Position numbers and translations under genes: made by a program. Source: Octopus sinensis (lineage: Eukaryota). From it: 64,000 nucleotides of DNA. Shown here in pieces: positions 26,615 through 39,969 of the stretch (positions are counted from its first letter, which is position 1; every line of letters starts with the position of its first letter). A model generated the notes under the pieces. The model was not told where the DNA came from, made no database searches, and worked only from the letters and a program-made list of their open reading frames with translations. The DNA lies in contig NC_043002.1 in assembly GCF_006345805.1 (NCBI RefSeq), forward strand, positions 108,252,001 to 108,316,000, in the 5' to 3' direction.

Positions 26615-26672
<58 letters not shown>

Positions 26673-27500
26673 CTCACGATGTTAGGGTTGCGAAGGTGAC
26701 GCGATAATTTCATGTATTTAAGAAAAAAACAAACTTGTTTTAAATCCCTTTTGTTCTTAATTTCTTAATAGTTCGCTTTTCTGCAATCATGTTTTCAAAT
26801 TAGAAAAAATAAAATCCAAAATATTTCACTTCAGTTCCATCGTTATAAAAAATCTCCCAGTGTTTTTGGTTGATGTCATCGGGGTGAGGGTGTTAAGTGC
26901 AGTTATTTCGGAAAGCCATTGTATTGTTGCCTTGTCTCTCTCTCCCCCGAAGTTCGGTTATAAAAAGGCCTCTGGTTTCTCTGAAGGTAGGGTGGACGAG
27001 GAGAGAGAAAGCGAACTGCTTTTGTTCACCTAATGTTTTATGTTTGACTTATATTGGTCATGTTGGGAGCACCAGGCTGGCCGGCAGTGGTGGTTTGTGG
27101 GGTGGAGGGCGACTTTCTATTACATGTTCGTCTATCTTAGAAGACACAAGCAGAAGGTGAAGGGTGAGAGAGAGAGAGAGAGAGAGAGAGAAAGAAAGAG
27201 CCAGCCAGCCAGCCAGAGGAACAGGCAAAGCTACTGCCTGGCGACTATAAACAAACTAACTTTTCGTTTTCTGCTCCCCTTCTTCCTCAAGGAAGTTTGC
27301 GCCTACAACAGCATAGGAACATGCTTGTGTGTTTATATGTTGTGTATATTTCTTGTGTGTGTGTGTCCGTGTCCTCATATGTATGTGTCTGTTGTAGACG
27401 TGTAAAGTACAAGGCCCTTAAAGATCACCCAGAATAAGTGCAACAACGCTCTAGTGATATTTATTTTAGATAGGTCCCAAGTTTTAATCGTAATGTTAAG
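25600..27500. promoter_or_regulatory. Putative promoter/5' UTR zone, possibly bidirectional
   Basis: Unique sequence with visibly more CpG than the flanks (judged by eye) and few SINEs. It has (GA)n tracts and TATAAAAA on + near 26843 and 26958, and lies upstream of the candidate minus-strand ATG. Confidence 0.4.
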
Positions 27501-27670
27501 TGCATTACATATATATATATATATGCTGCAGCAGAAAATTCAACAAAACCTGTTACTCTGAGTTTCCCGTTGCCGTTCGTCGGACAGTTTTTGCTAAAAT
27601 GCAAAACTGGTATTTGAGTACTCTTTTTTCCACCTTGTTTCACATTTGTTTACTCCGGTATATATATACA

Positions 27671-28051
27671 CTAGCAGTATCGCCCGGCGTTGCTCGGGTT
27701 TGTAAGGGAAATAACTATAAAGCATTTTTAGAGAGTTATAGCCAAAAAATAGCAAAGAAATGGAAAAAAAAATGATGATAAATTTTTTTAGTTAAAAAGG
27801 TCGAGTTGCGTTCCCTAGAGAGTCTGTGGTTTGTGTTTCTGATTCTCGACCCCATGTCGAATTTATCGATTTTTTTCAGAACTGGGGGAACTTTTCAAAA
27901 TTTTCGCTGCGTTAGTTTTGAATTATGACATTGGGCTATGTGTGTGTCAAGTTTCATCAGAATCGGTTGAAAGCCGTGGTCAGGGTGAGGGTACAAGCAA
28001 ACAGACACACAGAAACACGCACAGACAAACTGCCGTTTATATAGAGAGAGA
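27671..28051 (-). mobile_element. Non-autonomous Helitron
   Basis: On the minus strand it starts TC and ends CTAG, with the hairpin CCCGAGCAACGCCGGG shortly before the end. It sits between A and T with no TSD. Confidence 0.88.
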
Positions 28052-28161
28052 TATATAATAACAAAGGGTAAAATTAATTAATTAAGAAGTAATCAATAAT
28101 TTCACCAAGTAGAATTCGGCATGAAAAAAGGACCATTTCATGGTAGGTAAACTTAAGTAAT

Positions 28162-28546
<385 letters not shown>

Positions 28547-28637
28547 GAAATGAGGTAATCAGAAGATCGGATGGTTCATATTTACAGATATTTATTTATA
28601 TATTACATTTTTTACATACATATATCATATCATTCAG

Positions 28638-28680
28638 ATCATTAGCGCTTTCTCCCATTCTAGTGGGGTTTTCAAATCAA
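28638..28680 (-). ncRNA. Degenerate minimal hammerhead-like motif with U3:A8 core
   Basis: Minus strand reads TTGAT-TTGAAAA-CCCCA/TGGGA-GAA-AGCGCT (palindrome)-A-ATGAT. Helix I pairs at 3 of 5 positions. Confidence 0.45.
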
Positions 28681-28734
28681 AATAATTCCTTTGTGGGGAA
28701 TTTTAATCATTTTATAGACTTTCGTGTATATATA

Positions 28735-28765
<31 letters not shown>

Positions 28766-29527
28766 CGTGTATGTGTTCAGGAATGCGTACAATAAAGAAG
28801 ATCTATATTACCATAAAGGTAGATTTGGTTAAAAGGGAAACTAAAACTGAAGCAATCAAAGATCGCGTTAGCCTAAAGAAAACCTCAACTCTGAACATGA
28901 ATTATAAAAATATTTTTTAGGAACGATGTATGAAAGTCTGGTATGAGTATAAACGCAAATGTATACACGCGTGTATAGTGAGCGCGTGTGTGTGCGTGTG
29001 TGTGTGTAAACAAACGAATAACGTAAAGCTGTGAGATATTAATGTTTCTTTATAAGGAAGATTATTGTCAGAGTTTTAAGAAAATCTATTCATTTACGAA
29101 TACATCGAGAGAAGGTGGGGTGTGTGTGAGAAAGCTAAATATATAAATAAGGAGGTGGAGACAAGAGAGGAAAAAGTGGAGATTGTATCATCATATAAGT
29201 TGACACCTCTCCTCCTCCCTACACCCAGCTGACGGTTTTTTTTTTGTTATTTTTGTTGTTTTTATTCCCCACAATGGTAACATTGTGGAATTGGAACTGT
29301 AAAGTATTCGTAAGTCCACTGGAAGAGGTGGGCACATGGCTTTCTGGCACCACGATTCGTGGACTGCAGTCTGTGGCTGTCTGTATGGTTGTATTAGTAA
29401 TTCATGCCCGTTATAGAATATTAACATCGTTTGATCAAAAGAAGAGGGAGACGAATAAAATAGTGGTACACACACACACACACACACAAAAGAAAACACT
29501 AATACAAATGTTATATACATACATACC

Positions 29528-29568
<41 letters not shown>

Positions 29569-29618
29569 CTACACACTCACACATACATATAAATTTTTGG
29601 AAGTGAGTAGATAATCAC

Positions 29619-30065
<447 letters not shown>

Positions 30066-30827
30066 TATGTTTCTTTATTAGCCACACAGGGCTGCACACA
30101 GACAGGACAAATTACAAGATAGAGCTTTTCTTTTGGGGGTAAAAAAGGGGGTTTGGTTTTCGATCAAAAGAGATCGTAAAAGGAAAGAAAGAGGACGAAA
30201 AAAGGGGGGGGTAAAATAAAAAAAATAAATTAAAAATTAAAAAAACGGGGGGGGGAGGGGAAGGAAAAAATTGATCAATAGGGATCGTTATCACAGAAAT
30301 GTCAATATGAAGTGTAAAGAGGAGGACAGGTTGATTATGTCGACCTCAGTGCATAACAGGTACTTATTTAATCGACCCAGAAAGGATGAAAGGCAAAGTC
30401 GACCTCGGCGGAATTTGAACTCAGAACATAAAGACAGACGAAATACCACTAAGCATTTCACCCAGTATGCTAACGTTTCTGCCAGTTCGCCGCCTTGTTT
30501 TCTAGATATATATTGAATAACTTAGGGTGGCAAGCTGGAACGATTGTTAGCATGCTGGACAAAATGCAGCCAAGCATTTTGTCCAGTTTTATGCTCTGAG
30601 TTCAATTTCTGCCAAAGCCAACTTTACCGTTTATCCTTTCAGGGTTATTAAAATAAGTAACAGTTGACTTACCTGCTCCCCCCCAAATTTGCTGGCCTTG
30701 TGTCAAAATTTAAAACCCAATATATATTGAATAACTTCACACTCACATACACATACACACACATATAGTGATGATCACATACTTGGTTTCATTCTGTATG
30801 TATAAATTGTGTACCTATATTTTAGGC

Positions 30828-31535
30828 ACAGAAGTGGCTGTGTGCTAAGAACCTGCGTGGTTCCAGGTTCAATCCCACTGAGTGGCACCTTTACCAAGTG
30901 TCTTCTACTATAGCCTTAGGCCAACCAAAACCTTGTGAGTGGATGATTTGGTAGATGGAAATTGAAAGAAGCCCGTCGTGTATGTATATATATATATATA
31001 TATATTATATTAAATTAGGGATAAAACCACTATATACTTTACATCTCAAACAGTGAAAATCATAAGCCAATACATAGAAAAAAAATTAATTAAAAAATAT
31101 AAAATATAAAATTCCAAATTAAAATATTTAAATTAAAGTTAAAATTTTAAAAATTATTTAAATAATTTAAACTTATAAATTTTAAATATATACATATATA
31201 TATATATTTAAAAAATTTTTTTTGTAAATTATATAACTATCAAAAAGTATTCAAAGTTTAATATAAGATAAATAGTAAAAACACATATATATATGTATGT
31301 ATGTATACATATGTATGTATGTGTTTGTTGTTTGTGTCTGTACCCCCACAATCACTTGACAACCGATGTTGGTGTATTTATGTATCCGTCACTTAGCAGT
31401 TTGGCAATAAGAGCCCAATTGAATAAGTGCTAGGCTTACAAAGAATAAGTCCTGTAGTTGATTTATTCGACTAAAGGTGGTGCTCCAGCATGGCCGCAGT
31501 CAAATAACTGAAACAAGTAAAAGAGTAAGAGAGTT
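30828..31535 (+). mobile_element. SINE family A with an AT-rich insert of about 300 bp inside its (TA)n tract
   Basis: Head at 30828-30980, foreign AT-rich sequence at about 31005-31300, SINE 3' half at about 31320-31535. Confidence 0.75.
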
Positions 31536-32742
31536 TGTCTGTGGTTTGTCTCTTTCATTGATTAGTTCAACACTTTCTGTTACCATATTTCTGTTGAGAT
31601 GCTCTGTGGTGTTTCTTCAATTAATTTTAAATATAACACAGAATTAAATAAAATAACTAGGTTATCATTAAGCTAGTGTTAGGAACATAAATTGTGACTA
31701 AGGTTTGGTGGAAGATTTTAATTCTGAACTTATGAAAACAAGACATTTGTACTACAGAGCCCAGAGGTGGTTTCAGCCAGGTTGGTATCGAAAGGGTTAA
31801 TTGAATGACAAAAAAAGCTCCCCCAGTTAAGAGAGGTGTACATCTTGCTTAATCACTGAGAGCTTTATTGCTCTTTGTATCTGTCTGTCTCTCTCTCTTT
31901 CCACTCCTTCTCTCTCTCCCTCGTTCTCTTATTATTCATTTTGATAACCCAACATGTTCATATTCCATTTTATATCGTATTTCATATAAGTTTTCATATT
32001 TGGGAATAAAGGTATTTTGGAAATGCTTTTGATTGTTCCGGTTATTGTGTAAATGTATACAAGATGTGAATTTCTGAATCTAGGGATGGTAAGAAGAATC
32101 TAATTATGAAGATATTTATGTGTATTCAAAGTGTCTATGTCAAAGAAAATTTACTCTAATCTCCAATATTCCCAGACATCCCAAAAGATTAGCTTAATTT
32201 CAAACCAAATTTCTTCTGTGTACTTCAGTATCAGTTAATGAAGTTTGTCAAATTTCATGGCATCAACTTTCAAATCTCTTAACCACCCACCTCTCCTCTT
32301 CATCCACAGCTCCATCCCCCACCACCACGTTTTTCCTTTACTTAGAATCCCAGAAGCAACCTGCTTTCTTTCTTCTCCTAAGAGTCTTGTTTACTCCTAT
32401 CTTATGACTCAATGTTAAAATTCCTTTATATCCATCCCACTCCACTTGAATGCTCCACAAATTTCTTCTGATGAACTTAAAACAAAACAGAACAAAACAT
32501 AAAAACTATCTTGCTTCCTGACTGAATCCAATCCTGTAAAAGACTTTCTTACCAAAGCCACCCCACCCCCCTCCGCCTTATTCTCGTCTCATCCAACAAA
32601 AGCTTAAATTGGCCAACAAAATGTTGATGATGTTTATTTTATCATTTATTTTATTGCAACATTTGAGGTGAAGAACTGATGCTTCCTTATTCTAAAGACT
32701 TTCAAATAAATGTGCAAGTTATTTTGGAAAGCATCGATTTGT

Positions 32743-33130
32743 TAGTTAGGAGCACTCCGTCGGTTACGACGATGAGGGTCCCAGCTGATATGATCAGCGG
32801 AACAGCTTGCTCGTGGAATTAATGTGCAAGTGGCTGAGCATTCCACAGACACGTGTACCCTTAACGTAGTTCTCGAGGAGATTCAGCGTGACACAGAGTG
32901 TGACAAAGCTGGCCCTTTGAAATACAGGTACAAGAGAAACAGGAAGAAAGAGTGAGAGAAAGTTGTGGTGAAAGAGTACAGCAGGGTTCACCACCACCCC
33001 CTGCAGGAGCCTTGTGAAGCTTTAGGTGTTTTCGCTCAATAAACACTCACGATGCCCGGTCTGGGAATCGAAACTGTGATCCTATGACCGCGAGTCCGCT
33101 GCCCTAACCACTGGGCCATTGCGCCTCCAC
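32743..33130 (-). mobile_element. tRNA-derived SINE, family C
   Basis: Head GGAGGCGCAATGGCCCAGTGGTTAGGGCAGCGGACTCG...TTCGATTCCC on the minus strand. The 11 bp TSD CATCGATTTGT is at 32732-32742 and 33131-33141. Confidence 0.85.
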
Positions 33131-34059
33131 CATCGATTTGTACCAACACAATGGAAACAGAGGAATATAACTATGACAACAAACATGGAATTATCTAAAG
33201 CAAGGGACATGCTATGTGGTTGCTGGATGTGCTTGAAAATGCAGTCAAATACCCCTCTCTCTCAACAAATTGTATGCTGCCACCTTTCACAAAGAAGGCT
33301 ATGTTAGACTGTAAAAAAAAAAAGAAAGAAACAGAGGTACTGGAGTTAATTCATTCGACTAGAAAATTCTTCAAAATGGTGCCCCAGCATGGCCGCAGTC
33401 TCATGACTGAAACAAACATCTAAAAGATAAAAAGGAATATATCCACACACAAACACACAGACAGACAGACATACACCATGTTTTATTTTCGCCCCCACCT
33501 CACCCACTTTCCAGTCCCCCCCCCCCCGGCTGTTGTCCCCAGAAAAGGGATCTATCCTAATCAGTAGGGGACGTCACATCCACCCTGGGGTGAAAGATAA
33601 AAAAAAACGTAAACAGCAAGGAGTGAAACCCTACACAGTTGCCTTCTGGGATTCCTCAAACTAATAAAGGAACATTCCAGCAGTCAACCATCTCCCTTGT
33701 TCTACCCCCACCCCACCACCACCACCACACCCTTACTCCACTACTGGCCCTTAACTATCATCACAGCCACCCTGAACCACCCTGAACCACCACCACCACC
33801 ACACCACCACAACTTGTAATGACTTAAGACAAAGGTTCTTTTTTCTCCTTTCTTTTACTCTCTCATTTTCCTCTCTCATTCCATTTCTTTCACCCTTTCT
33901 TTCCACCTCACCACCACCACCACCACCACCACCACCACTTCTACAGTTATTTCCCCCTCTCCCACCTTTCTCCTATCCCCCTACCCCCATTTCTTTGTAG
34001 AAGGTCATCTGTTTTTTTTTTGTTTGCTTGTTTTGTTTTATTTTTGTCCTGTCTTAATG

Positions 34060-34680
34060 ATGTTGCTTATGATGATGATGGTGGTGGTGGTGATGGTGGT
34101 GGTCGTCGTCGGGGTGATGGGGTGATGATAGTCATGATGATGGTAGTGATGGCGGCGGCAGCGGGGTGGTGATGATGATGGTGGTGGTGGTGGTGGTGGT
34201 GATAGTGATGATGATGATGATGGTGGTGGTGATGGTGGTGGTGGTGGTGGTGGCGGCGGGGTGGTGGTGGTGGTGGTCGTCGTCGTCGGGGTGATGGGGT
34301 GATGATAGTGATGATGATGGTAGTGATGGTGGCGGCAGCGGGGTGGTGATGATGGTGGTGGTGATGGTGGTGGTGGTGGTGGTGGTGATGGTGGTGGTCG
34401 TCGTCGTCGGGGTGATGGGGTGATGATAGTCATGATGATGGTAGTGATGGTGGCGGCAGCGGGGTGGTGATGATGATGGTGGTGGTGGTGGTGGTGGTGG
34501 TGATAGTGATGATGATGATGATGGTGGTGGTGGTCGTCGTCGGGGTGATGGGGTGATGATAGTGATGATAATGGTAGTGATGGTGGTGGTGGTGGTGGTG
34601 ATAGTGATGATGATGATGGTGGTGGTGGTGGTGGTGATGGTGGTGGTGGTGCAGATTGTTGTGGCAGTGGTGATGATAGC
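34060..34680. repeat. (GGT/GAT)n trinucleotide tract with higher-order repeat units
   Basis: The anchor CGGGGTGATGGGGTGATGATAGT occurs at 34110, 34287, 34408 and 34541. Confidence 0.9.
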
Positions 34681-35039
34681 TACATCGCCCCTCCCCCACC
34701 CCACGACCTCCTTCCCTCTTAAGACACGCCATTCAACTTTATATCAAATCCTCTCCAAGCATCAGAGGGGGGGGGAGGGTCCAAGGTTTGGCTCTTGTTG
34801 ACCATTGACCAATGTGTGCTATTCCCAAACGACAGTAGCTGAATGACCATGTAAAGGTTCCCTCTGAATGCTGATATACTAAAAGTGCAATCTTAACAGT
34901 GACTGTGAAGTGGTGGCAGTGATACTGTAAATAATCTAATATTCTTTTCTACTCTAGGCACAAGGCCCAAAATTTGGGAGTGGGGGGGGCAGTCGATTAG
35001 ATCAACCCCAGTATGCAACTGGTACTTAATTTATCGATA

Positions 35040-35262
35040 TACTCTTTACTCTTTTACTTGTTTCAGCCATTTGACTGCGGCCATGCTGGAGCACCGCCTT
35101 TAGTCGAGCAAATCGACCCCGGGACTTATTTTTTTTGTAAGCCCAGTACTTATTCTATCGGTCTCTTTTGCCGAACCGCTAAGTGATGGGGGCGTAAACA
35201 CACCACCATCGGTTGTCAAGCGGTGCTAGGGGGACAAACACAGACACACAAACATACACACA

Positions 35263-35304
<42 letters not shown>

Positions 35305-35468
35305 TACAACAGGCTTCTTTCAGTTTCCGTCTACCAAATTCACTCACAAGGCTTTGGTCGGCCCGAGGCTATAGTAGAAGACACTTGCCCAAGGTGCCAC
35401 GCAGTGGGACTGAACCCTGAACCATGTGGTTGGTAAGCAAGCTACTTACCACACAGCCACTCCTGCGC
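35040..35468 (-). mobile_element. SINE family A
   Basis: Reverse complement of the consensus. Confidence 0.85.
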
Positions 35469-35469
35469 C

Positions 35470-36360
35470 TCTGAACATTTTAGACAAAATTTCTTTAATG
35501 TAGAAGTTATTTCATGTTAAAGTTGTCATATATGGGTAATTTCAACCAATCAACGATGTGTATTCGGTTGAAGAAAGCTACTGCTGAGTGCAATAGTAAT
35601 TGAAGAGGAACAACTTCCGGGTCATCTCTACTAAATGTCACCACTCTGTTCTATTCGTATGTTGTGCAAAGACGATGCCACCTTTATCCCTTCTTCCTTT
35701 CAAGCCATCACTGGGCATTCATGACTCTTTCCCTAGCAGTAGCTTTCTTCAACCGAATACACATTGTTGATTGGTTGAAATTACCCATATATGACAACTT
35801 TAACATGAAATCTTTATATATAAAAGTAAGGTTGTGTGTCTGTCTCCTACGATTTAGATTCCTAACTACTCCCACATTTTGCGGTGCAGTTTAACCAAAA
35901 CCGGGTATCTTATAGTCGTGATTCATATCGAGCCCTTCTGGGTATTAGCGCGCGTCTACGATGAGTCTATGATTTAAAAAAAAATTTACTATCATTTTTT
36001 TCCCATTTTTAATGCATTTTTTCGCTATTATATAAGGGAAGTAACTCTCTAAAAATGTCTACGATGAGTCAACGATTTTAAAAAAAATTTACCATAATTT
36101 TTTTTCCATTTTTAATGGATTTTTTCGCTATTATATAAGGGAAGTAACTCTCTAAAAATGTCTACGATGAGTCAACGATTTAAAAAAAATTTACCATCAT
36201 TTTTTTTCCATTTTTAATGCATTTTTTGCTATTTTTTGGCTATAACTCTCTAAAAATGCTTATATAGTTATTTCCCTTACAAACCCGAGCAACACCGGGC
36301 GATACTGCTAGTAACTTCTAAAATACGAAATTTGGTCAAAAACATTCTGAGTTAAGTGTA
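35470..36360. mobile_element. Long-TIR MITE (TIRs about 115 bp), with the right TIR split by a Helitron
   Basis: The left arm TAGAAGTTATTTCATGTTAAAGTTGTC...GAAAGCTACTGCT is mirrored by AGCAGTAGCTTTC...TTAACATGAAA[Helitron]TAACTTCTA. Confidence 0.85.
35811..36311 (+). mobile_element. Non-autonomous Helitron with internal tandem repeats of about 105 bp
   Basis: A|TCTTTATATATAAAAG ... CCCGAGCAACACCGGGCGATACTGCTAG|T. Confidence 0.9.
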
Positions 36361-37139
36361 TTCTACATGAAAAATTCTACGAGTGTTCGAAGTTTCAAAC
36401 TGTTTAGTTAAAAAATATTAATTAAAAAATCTGTGATTGAGATGGAATAGATCCAATCTGCAGCTAAATCAAGCACCTTAATTAAGCATATAAAGGCCTA
36501 CATCTCATTAATGTTGTTGCTTATGAGCTGCAGGTCACCCTGACCACACAAACCTACCAGCCATGGCCATTCCAGCTTTCTTCAGTTATTGGGTATTAAA
36601 AGTGCATATATAATAATCATGGTGCTGGGGTACAAATATGAGGAATTCTTTGGCTGCTATTTCTAACAACATGTGGCTGCTATTTCTAGCGAGTCAAACA
36701 GCCATGCAAAAGAGTCCTTTTATTGGTGTGAAATACTGGATGTTGTTGCTGATCTAGGTGTGTAACTGATTAAAGTAACAAGAATAGCCGATGGTGATGA
36801 TGATGATGGGGACGATGATGGGGGGGTAGGGGTGGTGGTGGTGATGGTGGTGGTGGCTACGGTAGTAACAACAGTTTGAGTATGGGGTGCGGGGGGGGGA
36901 GTGCAGTAGTCATGGCAATAGTTAAAAACAAATGTATTTTGTGAAGTAGACAGACAAGGTAGAAGTGGGTGGGAGTACGGCTGGGGGTAAAAGTTTCAAG
37001 TGTAGCTCAACCAGCTTATGTTTTGAAGCCACCCACACAATCGATGGTAGCGGTGGGAGGTAGAGGTGTAATGGTAGTAGAGTGAAGAGGGACAAGTAAA
37101 AAGGGTGGTGGAGGGGGAGGGGTATAAAGTAATACTAAG

Positions 37140-37735
37140 CAGATTGAGTGAAGTAATTTGATAAAAAAGGGACAAGGTGGGGTGGGTGGGAGAAAGGGAT
37201 TGAGAGGGAGGAGAAGTGAGAGAGAAAGGGAGTTAGGGGTAGAGAGAAAGAAGTGAAAGAGATAGAAGGAATAAAATGGATTAGGAAGGATTATTCGATG
37301 AGATATAAGGATAAGGGAAAAGGTGGTAATATAGGAAAGGTGTGAAGGGAGAGAGGTGAGACAAGAAGATAGAAAAGATTTGAGAAGTTAAAAGGTGAGA
37401 AAAGTTGACAATAGAAGAGATCTGAAGAGTGAGGGGAGGAGGGAGAGTGATAGAAGGGAGAGAGACAGAGAGAGAGAGAAGGTAATTGAGTGAGAGGGGT
37501 TTTGGAGAGTGAGAATGATAGAATAATAGGAAAGAGATGTAACAGAACAGAAGGAATTTGCAGGTTGACAAAGGGAGAAAAATGGTAGAATAGGAGAGAG
37601 AGAGAGAGTGAAGGAGGGAGGGAGGGAGAGAGAAGGTGATTGAAAAGGAGAGACCTGGAAAGTGATAGAGTGACAGAGACAGAAAAGATGATAGAATAGG
37701 AGAGAGAGAGAGAGAGAAATGAGAGAAGGATAAAG
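37140..37735 (+). repeat. About 600 bp purine-rich (GA) low-complexity tract
   Basis: Strong purine strand bias. It is the source of the spurious L/S-rich ORFs. Confidence 0.85.
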
Positions 37736-37862
37736 ATACGTTGAAGTGATTATATTTAGGGCCATTGGTACCTTTCTTCAAAGAAGTTAAATAACTTTAG
37801 GGTTACATAACCAGCAGATTAGTTTGGTTAGTTTACAGAGAAGAGCAAGAGTTCTAAATTAC

Positions 37863-37901
<39 letters not shown>

Positions 37902-39969
37902 GGTGGTGGTGGTGGTGGTGGTGGAGGAAGAGGAAGAGGAAGAAGAAGAAGAAGAAGTTGCAGTTGCAGCAGTGAGCAGCTAATGCACCAGAACAAAACA
38001 AAGATACCCAACAAACATTAAAAAAAAATAATAATAAATAAAATACCCAAATTAGAGTTTAAAGAGAACCCAGGGTATCAGTTCCAGAGCCAAAAATAGA
38101 AGAGAGTTGAGGACGTTTTTATTTATTTATTTATTTTTTTTAGTTTCTTTCCACCCCCGCCCCATCTTTTATGTCTCAGCGAGAAAAAGGATTAATTCCA
38201 CCCCCGCCCCATCTTTTATGTCTGAGAGAAAAAAAGGATTAATAAGGAAATTAAGTTTGCTGTTAATCTAATAAAAAGGCTAAAACTTTTAATGCTAACA
38301 CAGACTGATTGGGATTTATCTAATTAAGGTTAATTCAAGTTTCTCAAACTTAAAAAAAAAATTGGTAACTAAATCTTGCAGAACTAAGTTCTGCTGTTTG
38401 CAGACCATCGACTGTAGTTTGGATATCACTCAATGTTATTTAGTAATTTATTATGAAATTCCATGATTTAATTCTAAAAAAAAAAATTTAAAAAAAAAAA
38501 AAACCTTTGTTCTGGTTGATCAAAGAAACAGCAAAGAGGAAGATGAAAAAATAGGATGATAAATAAACTAATGAATACAGCATTTTAATAAGGAAAGTTT
38601 GATGTACAAGATTCTTTTATTTTAATTGTATTGAAATAAACTAAAGAAATGTATTGCTAACCAGAATCAGATGTTTCTTTGTTAGCAACTGGCATTATAA
38701 TTATGCCCTTTCGTTTAGCACACCACCAACCAACAAGTATAGAACCTAACAGAGATATAAACACTATGTTTAATATACACGTATTATTATTATTATGATT
38801 ATTGTTGTTATTATCATCATTATACATAGCAGCAGAATTGGTGATGTTTTAAAAGAAAAAAAAACATGAAATATGGTAGGAGCACTTTACGATTTACAAT
38901 ACTCTCTTTTCAAGATCTCTCTCTCTGTCTCTCCCTCCCCATGGCGAACTTGCACTCTTATGTCAGTGTAAGAAATCAAAGCCTATAGATATGAGGTTGG
39001 GAAGTTCCACAAAGACATCATCTGCTATAGAATCAAGACTGTGATGTGGTTTCCATACTAAGTTGATGCTATTTCATTTCATTTATGTTGTGAGCATCTT
39101 TAAGAAATGTTTGAATATGAGACGATTCTCCAAACCATTGTGGTTTGGAAAAGAGTCTTACACATTCAAACTGTTAAGTTCAACCATTTCATGACTCGCA
39201 AACTGTATTTGTTCAGAAGGTACATAGCTTCAACAAGTAAAATGTCCCCAAACTTGCACACCATTCTTAATTACTACAGATATCAGCATAGTCTATGATT
39301 CTATACCCTGCAGGGTACTCCAGTATGCCAGCCTTGGTCAAACCGTCCAACCCATTCCAGCATAGACAACTGATGTTAGCTCATGATGATGATGATGACA
39401 AACATACCCTCTCCTTTTTTAAACTTCAACACTAGAGAGCACCAATTAATACACTGAACGCAGAATAAACACATCGCACCCTCTAATGAGGAAAATAGTT
39501 TGCAATTATATAAAAAGGAGTTACAGGCATCACCTTCACAACATTTACAAAACACATTGAAGGCATAATCAAAGCAAAAGGGTGTCCAAGCACAGAACTG
39601 TTGTGGATACCACAATAGTCCAGTTCAAAGAAACAAAAACAACAACAACACTGGTGTACAAACAGCACAATAGATCTGTGAGGGATTGTGACAGTCCTGT
39701 CACCCCTACCTACAATCCCATCACCCTACCCTCATTTCTGCAACAAAATAAAACACTGCCTGGATATACAAGGGGCAATTTATTGTTGCAACAAACTTTG
39801 ACATTCACAACCCCTGATGCTACATGTGAAAGCAACTTCAAATACATCCCTGTTTACATCACTAACCTAAAAACATCTCTCATCATCATCATCATCTGAT
39901 GATGATGATGGTTTCACATTTTGACACAATGCCAACAATGTTAATACTTGACTGCTATTTTATTCTACT

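Noticed and set aside
34038-34801. Long Pro/Thr/His-rich ORFs
   Set aside because: These are translations of a trinucleotide tract that is open in several frames, with no splice or domain support.
37281-37781. 166 aa hydrophobic ORF resembling a membrane protein
   Set aside because: Antisense translation of a GA-rich low-complexity tract.
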